62,912 nucleotides of DNA, filler included, from Kipferlia bialata (GCA_003568945.1; 6 parts of 6 records of this genome joined end to end with filler, not necessarily neighbours in it); one strand, 5' to 3'; counted from the first letter of the whole stretch, positions 31,484 to 47,000 are shown. The notes: generated by a model not told the origin, from the letters alone. Numbers and translations: made by a program.

Positions 31484-33181
31484 TGTTGCCACTGCTCTCT
31501 GCGACACTCTGAAGGGCTCTGACCCCAAGCTCAAGATGTCCATTGTGTCCATTGCTGCCCAGTCTCTGGAGCAGGTGGGCACCTCTCTGTTATAACCTCA
31601 TATAACTATGCATATATGTATATATATATCCATACTCTGACTCGTAGGTCCTGCCTGTGATAGGGTATGGCAAGAAGCAGGTGACCGCCACCCAGTTCAT
31701 CGAGCTCTACTCCACCCTGGCAGCCAACGCCACAGTCATCCCACACGCCAGGTAGGCATATATCCCCACTCTCCCTCTCCCTCACACTCTCTCCTCACCC
31801 TCAGGGACACCTTCGTGGCCTCTCTCAAGAAGTCCTCTGCCTTCATGTCCAAGGGGTGTGCCATTGCATTCACCAAGAACGCAAAGGACAGCAAGCTCAT
31901 GAGGTCTTTCAGGTACAGTCTCTCTCTCTGTCTCTCTCTCTCTCTCCGTCTACACCCCTAATGTCAGGTCCAACATGACCCGTCTCATCCGTAACCTGTG
32001 CTGCTCCGCTGAGGTGTCACCCAAGGCACTCGGAAAGTACATGCCCCACCCCCAGGTATATACCCACTGTGTATATTATGCCTCCCTTCTCACCTGACCC
32101 TAGGTCCTCCCCGCCCTCTTCAACTCCCTCCTTGCCTCTGAGGGGGGTGTCACCCCAGACATCCAGGACGCACTGCCACACCTGCTCAGGTGCCATTAGA
32201 TATGTATAGTCATACATCCATATACATACATATATATACATATATATATCCTTCTTGTTGTCTGTCTGACCCCAGGTTCATGGTGCCATCAGATGCACAG
32301 GGGGTCCTCAGGTATCACCGTTATGTGTATACAAATGTATACATATATATACAAATACAACACTCTATACATGGCTAGGTAATGTCTGAAGCAGAGTAAT
32401 GGTATATGTAGAAGAGACATGGAATACCTGGGTCTCTCTCCTCTCACCCCCCAGGTCCGATGACATGCTGAGTCCAGAGGAGATCAAGGGAGGCAAGGTG
32501 AGGGTGACAATGCAGTTTGCATATAGTGCCCTGTACTGTATATATATACTGTGTGCAGTCTCTCTGACTGTCAGGGCTTCCGCCAGATTGAGCTGGATGG
32601 GATGGACTCCTATGTGAGGAGCTGGGCAGATGGGTCGGAGGAGAGGTGGGGACAGTGTATATACATATGTGTTTACATATATCTATACATCAAACATGGA
32701 TGCGTTGGGCAGATGGGTCAGAGGAGAGGTGGTGGGACACACTTTCGCACTGACACGTACATGATACACACTCCCTCTCACCCTGCCTCTACCCCCCAGG
32801 AATGTTGCCTACTGCCTGGGCAGGATGGAGTTGGAGATGGCGGCCAGATGCATGGTGCTCATATGCAAGACAGACGAGGTACCACACATATCAAAAGTGT
32901 TCATCCCCATATCTCTCTGTATATATCGTATATCTATACCCTTATGTGTCTGACCCCCAGGGCTGTGCCAAGGTCAGGGACATGGGGGGATACGCTGTGC
33001 TCAGGGAGATGCACAGGAGCCAGGGGGACAGCGAGGTATGGTACCCCTCACTCCCATGTATATATATATGTATATATTATATATATATTTGTACTACCTA
33101 CTGACCCCCAGGTTGCCACCAACCTGATGACTGCCATCGACAGGATGCTGTCCTCAGACCCAGACAACAAGGACATCGCAG
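31484..33181 (+). CDS. HGH1: HGH1 (FAM203/BRP16)-like armadillo-repeat protein, partial
   Basis: The C-terminal segment CMVLICKTDEGCAKVRDMGGYAVLREMHRSQGDSEVATNLMTAIDRML matches the Hgh1 pattern LLCxTxxGRxxxRDxGxYxxLRELH. LIRNLC and VLPAL lie upstream. Confidence 0.72.
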
Positions 33182-33527
33182 GTGGGTACTATACTATATA
33201 CATACCCCTACACACACACACTGAGTCCCCCCCCCTCTCCCCCTTCTCGCCCTCTCTCTCCCCCCCCCCCCCTTTTTCCAGGGGGGAAAAAAAAGAGAGT
33301 GGGGGGGGGGGGGGGGGGGGGGGATACATGGTATACGATACATGATGGGATACGGGACTCTCAGCACTATACGACCCATTGACTACAGACCCATTGACTA
33401 TGCATATAACACTATGCATCGACTCCATACGACACCACCAGCATGTATATACTGTATACATACATGTGCCTATATATGTATACGTGTCTATATGCACATG
33501 TGTTGATATGTCTATATGGTGTTGGTA

Positions 33528-36500
33528 CCTGAGCTCATGGCCTGGGCTCTGTTGGCCGACCACCCCCGGGGGGCCTTCCTCTGCGTGTTGATGTCGTGAC
33601 TAGAGGCTGGGGTCGGATAGAGGCATAGAGGTAGAGGGTACAGACAGCATACAGACACACATGTACATAATCACTCATCACCCATACCCCCACCCAACTA
33701 CACCCGTACCGTCAATATATATATATATATCTACACATATCTACACATGGATATCCGTACCGTTGATGAGGTCCTCGACCTTGGGCGGGCCGGGCCACAG
33801 CACAGACATCACCCCAGGGTCAGTGTCTGCTATGCCACCCAGTAGATTAGAGGGATGCATGTTGATACCATCAATACCCCCAATACCCTCAGTGCCAGGG
33901 TGGGTGTCCAAGGCACAGGGGCCTGGTAGACCCGGGTACACACTCACGATGGCAGCCCCGGCTAGGGAGGGGTCTCTGTGGAGGAAGAGCTCCGACACCA
34001 CCCCCACCACCCTCCTCCTGGTGGGTCTGATGGCATTGGGTCTGATGCCCAAGGGGGGGGCACAGGCCTTGGCTGACGATGACACCTCTCTGCCCTGGAC
34101 CGTGTCAGCACCACCAGTGTCACCAGTATCAGTGTCACCAGTATCAGTGTCAGCACCACCAGTGTGAGTAGGTGTAGGGGCCTTGGCAACAACACCTCCG
34201 GTGGGCCCTGCCTCAGTCGAGGGGACACGGGCCGCTCCCTCCTGTGTTGCCTGTACTGCCTTCACTGCCTGTGTTGCCTGTGTGGCCTGTACTGACTCAC
34301 TCTCCACTCCCGCACTCACCGTCTGACACTGACCCTGATCCGTTCCCGCGGCTGGGGGATGGAAGGCAGATTGGACCGTGGCACCCCCCCTTCCCAAGGT
34401 GCCGCTCCCATCAATGCCCACCGATATCGGAACGGTCACTGCTTCAGTCACTGCGTCCGTCTCAGCATGAGCAGGGTCTGCCTCATCATGCTCAATGCCA
34501 ATGCCTGCCCCCCTGGCCTGGGTCGCATCCGTCCCCTGTGTCCCCTCACCGTATGCTGTCATAGGGAGGGTGGCCACCTCGGGGCTAGTGTCTGATGTAA
34601 GTGTGAGTGTCTGGGTGAGACATCATCCCTACATACATCTAGGTCTGTATGCATCTATACCTGGGGGGGGACAGGGGGCCTGGTCGGTGGGGGAGGTGTC
34701 AGGAGATATATCAGGATCTGATTTAGGGGCAGCGACAGCCGCCTTGCCCTGCCTCTCCCTCTCCCTCTCCCTCTCCCTCTCCCTCTGCCTAGAGGAAGGC
34801 GCCAACTCAGAAGACACCCACGCTGAGGGGGCAGGACCTGCCTCCTCCACACCCTCCTTACCCTCTGCCTCAGTGTGTGTATCGGCTGGGGGTGAGAGAA
34901 GGGGGGGGGGGGATGGTCTTACATGTGACATGTGTGTAGGAGACACACTCTGTGTGATATGGTGTTGGTGATACCAACCGAGATATGTCTACATTCGCAT
35001 CCTGTGACCAACAACCCCCATACCCCTATACACATGCCCCCATACCCCTATACACATGCCTCCTCTCCCATACCTGTCTCTGCAAAGAGAAGGGGCGGTC
35101 TCTGGTGGCTGAACCCGACAGCCCGGGCTGGACCGGGGACTGGGGTAGGGGGACATACGGATAGACACCTGTATAGAGAGAGGGGACCATACCGGGTGTG
35201 TATGTGTGTGGGTGTATACATACACATACACTGTATATACTCACCTGGCACAGACAGGTCCAGCAGGCACTGCTTCCTCTTCCCCCTGCCTCTCTTCCCC
35301 TTCCCCCTTCCCTTGCCCCTGGCCAGTCCTGCCAGTCCATCGGCCTCCCTCTCCCTCCTCTTCCTCTCCTCTCTCTCTCGCTGGGCGCTGGGAGCTGAGA
35401 GGGCCAGCGCATCCTACAGTCAGTCCAGACACACACACACATGCATGTATACACACATACACATATATATATACACACATCCACACTCAGTATCAGTATC
35501 ATTGCCATGAGGGACCGGTATATATACCCCCCCACCCCCCTCTCCCCCCACCTGCATGGTCAGCACTGGCTGGGAGGGGGCAGTCCTAACAGCATGGCGC
35601 TCAGCCTCTCTCTCCCTCTCCACGTCTCTCTCGTTGTCTATGCCTACTAGTCAGTCGAGAGCACATGGGTAATGCACAGGACACAAATACAGCAGTTCTT
35701 CTTTAGACAACGCCCCAAATTCTCCCCTAGCAGTTGTATCGTCTGCACTATCCTGTACTATCACTTCTCCTACATATACGGTCGTCAATGCTGAGGAAAC
35801 ATTGGTACTACATACATATATATATCTAGCCCATCTACCACACTATACACATACATATACATATATACATATGCACATATACATATACACATGTGTGTGT
35901 GACAAGGAGTGAGTGTAGTACCTAGTGCCGGGGCGGTTCCCTTCTTAGTGGTGAGGTCGGAAAGAGCAGCCATAGTAACAGAGTCTCTGTCTCTCTTGCA
36001 GTCTCTCTCCCTCTGCCTATCCTCCTCAGCCACGGCACGTGCCACATCGTCTGCTGAGGCACAGATATCATAGGATGTATAGGCAGTGTCAGTACATGCA
36101 GTATCAGTACAGGCGATAGCCACGGCTGTGCCACGTCCCTCAGCAGCAGCAGCACCACTGGCAGCCATAGGGGGCAGCCCTTCCATAGGCCCCGCCACAC
36201 CCCCTCCCCCGTTGGTGTATAGGGCATGATGTGTATGATGTGTAGGGTATGCATCAGCACCAGTCCCATGGGTGGACACGGGCTGGGGTGTGGCGTCCCG
36301 GCACTGGCTGTCCGAGGCCGGGGCCGGCCCTGTCGAGTAGGGAGTCACCCCCATCAGGGGACGCTTGTCCCCAAACTCTCTGTCGCTCTCCCCCTCCCCC
36401 TCCCCCCCGCTCTCTCTCTCATCCGAGGACGCAGGGTCACAGGGGGACATACATGCATCAGTACACCGACCCGATGTGTGTGATGTGTGTGTCCCACCCC

Positions 36501-38149
36501 GAGTCAGGGCATGACCCTCAGTGCAACCGGTCCTGCCTTCCATGCCTCCCATGTCATAGGAGCCCATCTCTAGAGATCCCAGACCCCCCAGACCCCCCAG
36601 ACCCCCTAGGCCGTCAAGTCCGTCAAGTCCGAGTCCGTCGAGGGGGTCGTAAGGGGTGTCGAAGTCAAAGGCTGCCAGGTTGCGACCGGTGGGGTAGAGG
36701 CCAGCCCCTTGGGTGTCACACGATGCATAGGATGTGTAGGATGCTGAGACTGATGCATCCCCAGGCCCCCCCATGGAACCATCCCCCATGAGACCAGATG
36801 CAGCCACACCCCCATAGGAGAGAGAGACAGAGAGAGACTGGCCCAGGGTGCCTGCCCCCGATGCATACAATGACAATGCGCTGTCTGGGTTGGCCCCTGT
36901 CTGCAGACCGCCTCCTATGCCAGTGCCACCGGGCCCATTCATCAAGGGGGACATGCCAGACATGTCGACATGCCCATCCACATGTCCACAGGGGTCCCCC
37001 CCGTCTCTCTGGCGGCCCTCTGACACAGACCCATGCCTGTCGAGGGTATAGGGGGCGTCCGTGTCTGTGTGGCGTCTATGCAGGCAGGGGTGTCCCCGGC
37101 GAGTATCCGCCCTCCACCCAGTATCAGTATACTCCTTATATACAGGACTGGACATCAGGGTGTCAGTGCCTATACCAAGCACTAAAGATGATGGAGAGGG
37201 AGAGGGAAACACGGCCCCGTCCTCCACCAGCAGTAAGGGGGCGAGACGGTCGGGCTGGGAGTAGCAACTGACATCGGAGTCGCATGTGTGCTCTGAGGAA
37301 TGGACACCAGGGGCAGCCCCAGACAACGGGCGTGATGTAGAGGAATGGGCATTAGGAGAGGTAACACACGCTGTGGCAGCCCTGACCCCCCCTGACCCGG
37401 CCCTGTGTGCAGCCCTGGTCTGTACCGATGATGCTGCTGATGCTGATGCTGATGCTGATGCTGATGATGCTGATGCTGGTGCCCTGGGCTGTGATACAGA
37501 CCCACTACCTGACACTAATACTGACGGACGGGCATCACGGGGTGGGGATGACGGGGGGGCATCAGTGTCAGTGTCAGTGTCAGCGCTGGGGCCAGAGAGG
37601 GCAGGGTGGGTCGGGATGGCATCTAGAGAGGCAGTGGGAGACGGGACACCAACACTCACGCCAGAGGCTGAAGCCTTGCTAGCCCTGACGGTCTTGCCAC
37701 GCACAGCCTCCCTGGGGGTGAGACGAGTATCAGTATCAATACAAGTATCAGTATCAGACTAGCGTGAAGATGCGGCAGTGCGCAGCACCAGGTATACTAT
37801 ACGCCAGGTACCCTATACACTACGTACACGATATATATGATCAGGACTACCTGGGGACGACTAGGAATGTGGCGTCGGCAGTGTCCAGGGCCTGGAACAG
37901 AGGGCGCACATTGGCTCTGATGTGGGGTATCGGTACTGGAGACGGGAGAGGGAGACATTATATCTCAGAGATTCATCTCATGGACAGGAAACACAGACAT
38001 GGCAATACTCTCATGTGCATGAATAGTTATATACATATATCTACACATACATCTACATGTCTCTATACCTGGGAGGCACGACGTTGTGGGGCACGCCCTC
38101 CCCGTCGACCAACACAGACACCAGGTCCCACCTGAGTGTGAGAGGAGAG

Positions 38150-38181
<32 letters not shown>

Positions 38182-40138
38182 AGGGCGACATGAAGAGTTG
38201 ACCCGTAGTATAGGAGAAGAGCCAGGACTGAATACACATACTGATACACATACTGATACACATACTGATACACATACTGATGCACATACTGATACACATA
38301 CTGATACACATACTGATACACATACTGATACACATACNNNNNNNNNNNNNNNNNNNNNNNNNNNNNNNNNNNNNNNNNNNNNNNNNNNNNNNNNNNNNNN
38401 NNNNNNNNNNNNNNNNNNNNNNNNNNNNNNNNNNNNNNNNNNNNNNNNNNNNNNNNNNNNNNNNNNNNNNNNNNNNNNNNNNNNNNNNNNNNNNNNNNNN
38501 NNNNNNNNNNNNNNNNNNNNNNNNNNNNNNNNNNNNNNNNNNNNNNNNNNNNNNNNNNNNNNNNNNNNNNNNNNNNNNNNNNNNNNNNNNNNNNNNNNNN
38601 NNNNNNNNNNNNNNNNNNNNNNNNNNNNNNNNNNNNNNNNNNNNNNNNNNNNNNNNNNNNNNNNNNNNNNNNNNNNNNNNNNNNNNNNNNNNNNNNNNNN
38701 NNNNNNNNNNNNNNNNNNNNNNNNNNNNNNNNNNNNNNNNNNNNNNNNNNNNNNNNNNNNNNNNNNNNNNNNNNNNNNNNNNNNNNNNNNNNNNNNNNNN
38801 NNNNNNNNNNNNNNNNNNNNNNNNNNNNNNNNNNNNNNNNNNNNNNNNNNNNNNNNNNNNNNNNNNNNNNNNNNNNNNNNNNNNNNNNNNNNNNNNNNNN
38901 NNNNNNNNNNNNNNNNNNNNNNNNNNNNNNNNNNNNNNNNNNNNNNNNNNNNNNNNNNNNNNNNNNNNNNNNNNNNNNNNNNNNNNNNNNNNNNNNNNNN
39001 NNNNNNNNNNNNNNNNNNNNNNNNNNNNNNNNNNNNNNNNNNNNNNNNNNNNNNNNNNNNNNNNNNNNNNNNNNNNNNNNNNNNNNNNNNNNNNNNNNNN
39101 NNNNNNNNNNNNNNNNNNNNNNNNNNNNNNNNNNNNNNNNNNNNNNNNNNNNNNNNNNNNNNNNNNNNNNNNNNNNNNNNNNNNNNNNNNNNNNNNNNNN
39201 NNNNNNNNNNNNNNNNNNNNNNNNNNNNNNNNNNNNNNNNNNNNNNNNNNNNNNNNNNNNNNNNNNNNNNNNNNNNNNNNNNNNNNNNNNNNNNNNNNNN
39301 NNNNNNNNNNNNNNNNNNNNNNNNNNNNNCTGATACACATACTGAATATACATACTGAATATACATACTGATACACATACTGATGCCATGGGTGGGGCCC
39401 CAGTCACATGAATGGGTATCCACATATACACGGCCCCACCTTGCTGCAACCCCTGCAACCCCTGCAACCCCTGCCACCCTCTGGGCCACACTGGCAGGCA
39501 CGAGGAGGGCCAGCGAGGAGGGCTTCTGCCTGTCCAGACAGAGACTGGACTCGTGCAGAGAGGAGAGACCCAGGGACAGGAAGGCACTGAGGTCAGGCTC
39601 AGCACAAGTGTTTAGGCATTGGGGGGTGAACAGTTGGAGAGAGAGGATAAGAGAGGAGGGCGCAGTATCACTATCAGTATCTGTAGATGGGGAACATATA
39701 TATATATGATACACTCATGAGTCATGACACTGACACGAGCTTGTATCAATTACGATATCGACCGCACAATATAAATATATATATTGTACATAAGGGCACC
39801 CACAGTGAACCTGACAATATCATTCACGGAAAAGAGAGGATGAAATGATCAAGCAACCATGATTGGAGGAAGATACACAGCATAACCATCACAGGACACC
39901 CGTAATATACAGCCCAACACCCTCCCACTCACACACCAGGCACCCCAACACCAACGTCTCCTGTGTCTGTGTTTGTGTTTGTGTTTGTGTCTCATGCATA
40001 TAGTACAAGGACTCACCTGCATCGGCAGGCATCCCCCTGACTCTCACACTCCTCGAAGAACGAATTCTCTTCACTGTCTTCACACAGGGAGAGGGTATCA
40101 GAGTACGTCCAAAAGACGTGTATCACGTCCCCCCCCAT
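33528..40138 (-). CDS. Large hypothetical low-complexity protein (may be more than one gene)
   Basis: Long open exons 35921-37711 and 33759-34611 plus small exons with canonical splice signals. The likely start is MGGDVIHVFWTYSD at 40138. It is interrupted by a ~1-kb gap and the 3' end is missing. Confidence 0.6.
38232..39385. repeat. 12-bp tandem repeat (tactgatacaca)n spanning an assembly gap
   Basis: The unit is visible on both sides of the N run 38338-39329. Confidence 0.9.
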
Positions 40139-40811
40139 CACAGAGTGTCCGTTCCACTCGAGGACAAAGAGAGTGATGCACAAGAATCTAGATGATATGA
40201 ATAAACCCTTTGTTTCTCCTAACAAGTCGGGTGACTCAGATCCTACACGGCCACTTATGTACCTTACCTTGGTAATACTGGGGATGTGGTCCTTATTGTA
40301 TTATTGTGTTTTGAACAGTTAAACTAGTTTTGCGACTGCCCTTTGAGGAGCCATTATATATCCGGATATCTCCACCTTGACTAGGACATTGTCTGGGACA
40401 CCTTGACTGCACCTTGACTTGGTCTCTAACAGGGCACAGTGTCAATGGATAATAACCAATAGACATTGGATCGAGTTGAGCCTCATGAGTTGTCCTCACG
40501 GCAGGAGTAGTGCCACTACTCCTGCACTAGTAGTGGTGAAAATACCTCTATGGAGGACTATTACCATGATCCCTTATGGAATAGATAGAGTCCAAGGAGT
40601 ATATCTATTGTACCCACACTCCATCCTATCCAGAGACTCGAGGGGCAGGGACCTGGAGATGCCTTGCCTGGCCCCGTCAGCATCACAAGGGACAGGAATG
40701 GGGATCAAATGGACACAGCTGTTGCTTAGAGTATAGGGAGGGTACATATATATCAGGAGATGGAGCAGGAGGGGGGGGGGGGGGGGGGGGGAAACATAAT
40801 ATAGAACACAC

Positions 40812-40911
40812 NNNNNNNNNNNNNNNNNNNNNNNNNNNNNNNNNNNNNNNNNNNNTTAATTAATTAANNNNNNNNNNNNNNNNNNNNNNNNNNNNNNNNN
40901 NNNNNNNNNNN
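40812..40911. other. Artificial contig linker
   Basis: N44-TTAATTAATTAA-N44. Confidence 0.97.
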
Positions 40912-41029
40912 CTACCTTGTCTCCTGTGTCTGTGCACTGATGCCAAGGGCAGGGTACTCATATATATATTGTACATTCATATATATAGATGAATATTACC
41001 TAGTATATTTACACATACACATACTATAC

Positions 41030-44000
41030 CTTGTCTCCTGTGTCTGTGCACTGATGCCAAGGGCAGGATACTCATCCAGATTGGGGGGTAGCTGAGGGTC
41101 AAACGCAAAGATCTACATGTATATACAGGTGTATACACACACAATACTAAACATATACAATCACATACCTGGGTGAGTGACCCGTTCTCCGGCAGCCCAT
41201 TCAGAAGACACACGTCCCTGGCCATCTCTCTCTCTCTCTCCCTCTCCAGTGCTGTACTGCTGACAGTGACCTCCTAAGCATTAGTGTCATATATATACAG
41301 TTAGGTATACATATTTAGTGATAACTAATAATAATATCATATAGGTAATCAGTATCCTATAGAATGAAGAGGTACGAGTATCAGTGTCATATACAATGGT
41401 AATGACAGTATCAGATAACGACGCTGACACTGACCTTACTATACCCTATATACATACCTATATACATTCGTTCTGATACTGACCTCCGTTTCATCTATAC
41501 GGTACTAATACCCTAGATACATAGCATATATACAATGATATAGTATAAATACACTATGATACTGATACCGAGTCTCACCGCAGGATCTACGACACTGACA
41601 ATGACACATACAGTAGTCTCCCATATATATACCCTATATACATACCTTGGTGTCCATGCCAGACATCGTGTCAGTGTCATATACTACCCTATAGCACATA
41701 CTATGCCACTGTTACCGTGGTGTCCTATATACATACCTTGGTGTCCATGCCAGACATCTGGGCCACTTTGAGGGTGTGGTCAAGCATACAGGGGCCTAGT
41801 AGAGCCTAATGTAAGAAGGATATATACTAATTACAAATGTACATGGCCTAACATGAGAGAGAGAGAGGTATATAAGTAGGGTGTGGTCAAGCATACAGGG
41901 GCCCAAGAGGGCCTAGTATTAGTAAATATCTGGGGGCTCATCAAGGGTATATATGTGTACTATATGACTCATATAGTACATGAGTCCTCATATAGTCTAT
42001 GAGGAAATATGTGTATATATGTGTACTATATGAGGAAATATGTGTATATATAGCTGTGCCACCCGGGATGTTGTCTAGCATACATACATGTATATAGATA
42101 TATATGTATATGTGCCCTCCCAAAATGACTATTAACTCATAATTGTGTGTTATAGAATCTACACCTGCACATATAGAGAATATATAATTCATATATACAT
42201 ATATCTAGGGCTGCATACAGATAGTGAAGTCGATGGTGTCCACAAACACCTCAATCAAGCACTTTGTGTAGAAAATGTACTTATGAAAGAATAACACAAT
42301 TACATATATACTATATTGTTTAGAGTATATACCTGGTAGTCGATGGTATCCACAAACACCTCTGCCAAACACTCAGTATACAGCTTATAGACGCGAAGTA
42401 TTTACATATACACTATAATGTTTAGAGTATATACCTGGTAGTCGATGGTAGTAGATGGGCAAGAAGTGGATGGCGACTAAATCATATAACATATATATAT
42501 ATACTACATATACTTGTGCACCTGGTAGTCGATGGTATCCACTGAGCCCTCTATCCTGAACTCGTTGAGGAGAGAGGTCAGGGGGGCAGTGTCATTGGAG
42601 GGGCCTAGAGTCAGTTAGAACCAATATATATATATATATACACGTATATGTATATAAATAGAGGGAGAGAGAGAGANNNNNNNNNNNNNTATATACACGT
42701 ATATGTATATAAATAGAGGGAGAGAGAGAGAGAGAGGTCAGGGGGGCAGTGTCATTGGAGGGGCCTAGAGTTAGTTTGAATCAATATATATATACATATA
42801 TAGAGAGGGGGAGAGAGATAGAGAGAGAGAGAGAATAGAGGTCAGGGGAGCAGTGTCGTTGGAGGGGCCTAGGATGAGAGACTAATACGGAGACGGAGAG
42901 AGAGAGAGATAGAGAGATAGAGAGAGAGGGGGAGAGAGAGAATAGAGGTCAGGGGGGCAGTGTCATTGGAGGGGCCTATAGGATGAGAGACTTATACGGA
43001 GACGGAGAGAGAGAGATAGAGAGAGAGAGAGAGAATAGAGGTCAGGGGAGCAGTGTCATTGGAGGGGCCTGGGGTTAGATTGTTAATAAATATATAAACC
43101 TGGTCGTGGATGTTGTCCTCAGGTTGTCGTATGGGTGTTGAGCATAAATGAAGAGTTACATCCTGATATATGAATAGAAATATATATATACACTAGGTTG
43201 CTAGTAGTAACTTACTATACCTGGCGTTGAGACTGTCAGCACCCTCAGGCTGCAATGTCTGAATACTCATACCTATACATACACCTATATACATAAACTA
43301 CCATTGAATAGTTACAACTGGAATATTACCTGGTGTTGACACTGTCAGCACCCTCAGGTTGCAGTGTCTGAATGCGGCATGCTTGTTGAGGAGGTAGGGC
43401 AGGAGGAGGCAGAGACCACCATCGTCAACCATCCAGACCTAGTGTAAGATTAAGAGTGCAATAGTACTCCACACATTGAAGTATGTACATTGTTATATAG
43501 AGCCAGAGACCACCGTCGTCAACCATCCAGACCTAGGGTGAGATTATATATATATATATATATATACATAGCAGTATAGTATAGATTGTATATATAAATA
43601 TATATATTATTCAACTAAGAATTTATATACATAAAGGCACATGCCGTCGGCGTCAACCATATAGGCCTTAAATATATATACATATATATATACATATATA
43701 TATAGCAGTATAGTATAGTATATGATTGAATAGTGAATTATCCACTTGAATGAGCTCACCATAACCATAAACAATATAGTTAACGGTAGGTATAATAGTG
43801 TAACACTCACCAGATCTATCCTGGAAGGGGGTTTCTTGCCCGCAGAGTGCTTGAAGGCCTAAGGGTGAGATACTAAATACACGCATAGTATTATACAATA
43901 CCATAGCCTCATCTCTCGCTGCCGTTGGGTATCTCAGGGGCATGGACCCAGACATTGTATATATATATGTGTGTATAGAAATACATATTACAATTGTAGT

Positions 44001-47000
44001 CCCACCTTAGCTTCCTCCCTGGCTGCCTGTGCCGTTGGGTATCTGAGTGGCATGGACCCAGACTCGGCCAGGCTGCGCTGGAGGAGACGGCGGCACCTGA
44101 GTAAGTATATGTATAAGTAACACTATCATATGTATACATACATCAGTATTGTGTATCCACAGAAATAGGCTGCACTGGAGGAGACGGCGGCACCTGAAGA
44201 ATAGATAATCACACCAACATTATCACTCTCGCTATATGAGATAATACCTGTTGTTGCAGATGGTGGCTGCTAGCACTGGCTCTGCGGACAGGCATATATG
44301 AGTGTGTTCAACATCTCTCTCTCACTCTATATATACAAATATATACTCTCCATACACTCATTCAGTACCTGTTGTTGCAGATGGTGGCTGCCAGCACCGG
44401 CTCTGTAGATATGATGGGGATGGATGGGGGTCTAGACAGGGGGGGGAACTCGGTGTGGGCCTGAAATGAGTGTACTATACACACAAAGAGTCATTAGTAT
44501 ATACTATATTGTATAGTATGGAACTCGGTGTGGGCCTAGGTTCAGAATGTATCGCACTATCCCCCATTATATAGTATCATATTCTATATAGTAATACATT
44601 CACACAGAGGGTGGCCTGGACCACATCAGACTCGCCATACATATATGAATATATATGTATATATCTCCTGTCTAATGTATATCTGTATACCTCTGGCGCA
44701 TCAGACTTCTTGAGGAACTCCACATCTGACACGGCATGGATGTATACAGATACTATATATATATTAGTTACTATAATTACTATTACCACTATATATATAT
44801 AAATGGTCATTATACCTCTGACCCATCAGGCTTCTTGACAAACTCCACATCGGACGACACGGCATACTTATAGAATATGTAATATACATGTATATCTATA
44901 ATAGTATGTATACATGTATATGCCTCTGATGCACCAGGCTTCTTGCTCCACATCTGACACGGTATGGGGGTATACAATATCATATCATATACTTGTTTAT
45001 ATGGTAGATATACATAGTCATCTACGTATGTACCTCTGACGCATCAGGCTTCTTGACAAACTCCACGTCTGACACGGCATGTGTTGAGTAGAGGGGGTCG
45101 AGGTTCCTAGCCACAACAAGGCCATAGCCTGTCATCATTAGATTAAGACACATTCGAGTAATATAGTAATCGCGTAAGTTAGGCCATACTCTGCGTCATT
45201 AGAATGAGACACTCCGAGAAAGAGAAATGGAAAGTAATGGATAGACATGCCGAGAAACAGAATGTTATCGCGTAGGTTATAGAAGGGTATAGGTTATGGA
45301 GTGTACCTAGAGACGCGGCGTCTCTAAGGACTCCTACGTACTCCTCTGCTGCGAAGCGTGTTCCCTCGTCTATGTGGTAAATAGCATCCTCCCCATCTCC
45401 CTCTGTCTCTCCCTCTCTCTCTGTAGAGGGGTAGGGGGAGAGACCGAAGTTGGTACGTACTGAGGAGACAGCGCGTCTGGAGTGAAGGGAAGATCATGAA
45501 AGAGAATTCTAAAGGGGAACGGTAGTACATAAAGTAGTATATAGATATTAGAATTTATGTATGTATAATGAGAATACAAATACATATACCTGTACATGGC
45601 GTGTTGATCCTGTGCCATCCCAGAGTCACAGTGCCTCCAGTCACTCTTGAAGCCTAGCATGATCGTGTTAGGGCGCATCACACCTGGAAGTCAAAAGAAG
45701 TCAAAATTAACCAGAAAAAGTCAAATTGGCACATATATAGTGTTGGGGCGCATCACACCAAAGTGTCAGATATATATACATACTTATGTATGTATATATA
45801 TATATACTATGGTTAATATGAACTAGCATAACAGTATTGGGGTGCATCACACCTGGAAGTCAAAGTGAGTGACATATAGATAGCCATATATCAGGGCGTG
45901 GTGTATCCTGTAACCATGAACTCACTTTGAACAACTGCAATTTCTTATTAATACTCTGACATGCAAACTCTATTAAATAAATAATCCTGGAATACCTATC
46001 CCGTTTGATGTCAGCAGTGCCCTAGCTCCCTCTCTCACTAATGTATGAATATGGTATGTTATGTATACACTTTCTCAAGTGTACCTATTCCGTTTGATGT
46101 CAGCAGTGCCCTAGCCCCCTCTCTGAACGATGATGCTATGGTGTTGCTGTAGGTCGCGGTGTTGGTGATAGGAGAGGCAGCCAAGAGGTAGCCGGTGAGG
46201 GCTCTCTCTCTGTGGGTTAGACTCGATGAATAATCATATACAACCTTTACTTACAGAAAGGATAACTATATTTACAGTATATGTATAGAAGTATGTATAA
46301 GTATGTAGGGACTCAATACCTCACGTATCTGGCAGACACTGCCTTGGGCCACTCTCTTGATCTCAGAGGTCCATCCCCAGCATACACGACATCACCCACA
46401 GACAGAAGACCATGGCCCTAGATGTAAGGTGTAATATATATATATATATGTACATTCAGGTATATGGGCATCATGGGTATAACAACTGATATACAGACAG
46501 ACAGGAGACCATGGCCCTGGAGAGAACATAAGAAATACATATCAATATAGATCATTATATATACCTTCTTGCTAATGTGTGTCTCTATACATACTATACA
46601 TATTATACATACTACAAATGCATAAATCTACCTTCTTTGTCATTTGTGCAGCTGGTGCTAGGAGGTCATTACTCTATACCACGAAAGCACATATATGTAT
46701 ATATACATAGTATATAGAGTATACATAGTATATGTCTATATCTACACCTTCTTCGTCATGTGTGCAGCTAGTGCCAACAGGTGTGGACGGTGCATGGGAC
46801 GGCCTGACGGTAACATGTGGATATATATATACATATATATACATATATGAGTATATACATATATATAATACTTGTGTGGACGGTGCATGGGACGGCCTGA
46901 CGTTAATATACGGATATACACATTATGTATACATACATGTGCTGGAAGACAATGAGAGGGGGTGGTGCATGGGACGGCCTGACGGTAACATGTGGATATA

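Noticed and set aside
37965..39714. Long ORFs of 363-553 aa in the ORF track
   Set aside because: They are mostly X residues from the N gap plus a 12-bp repeat.
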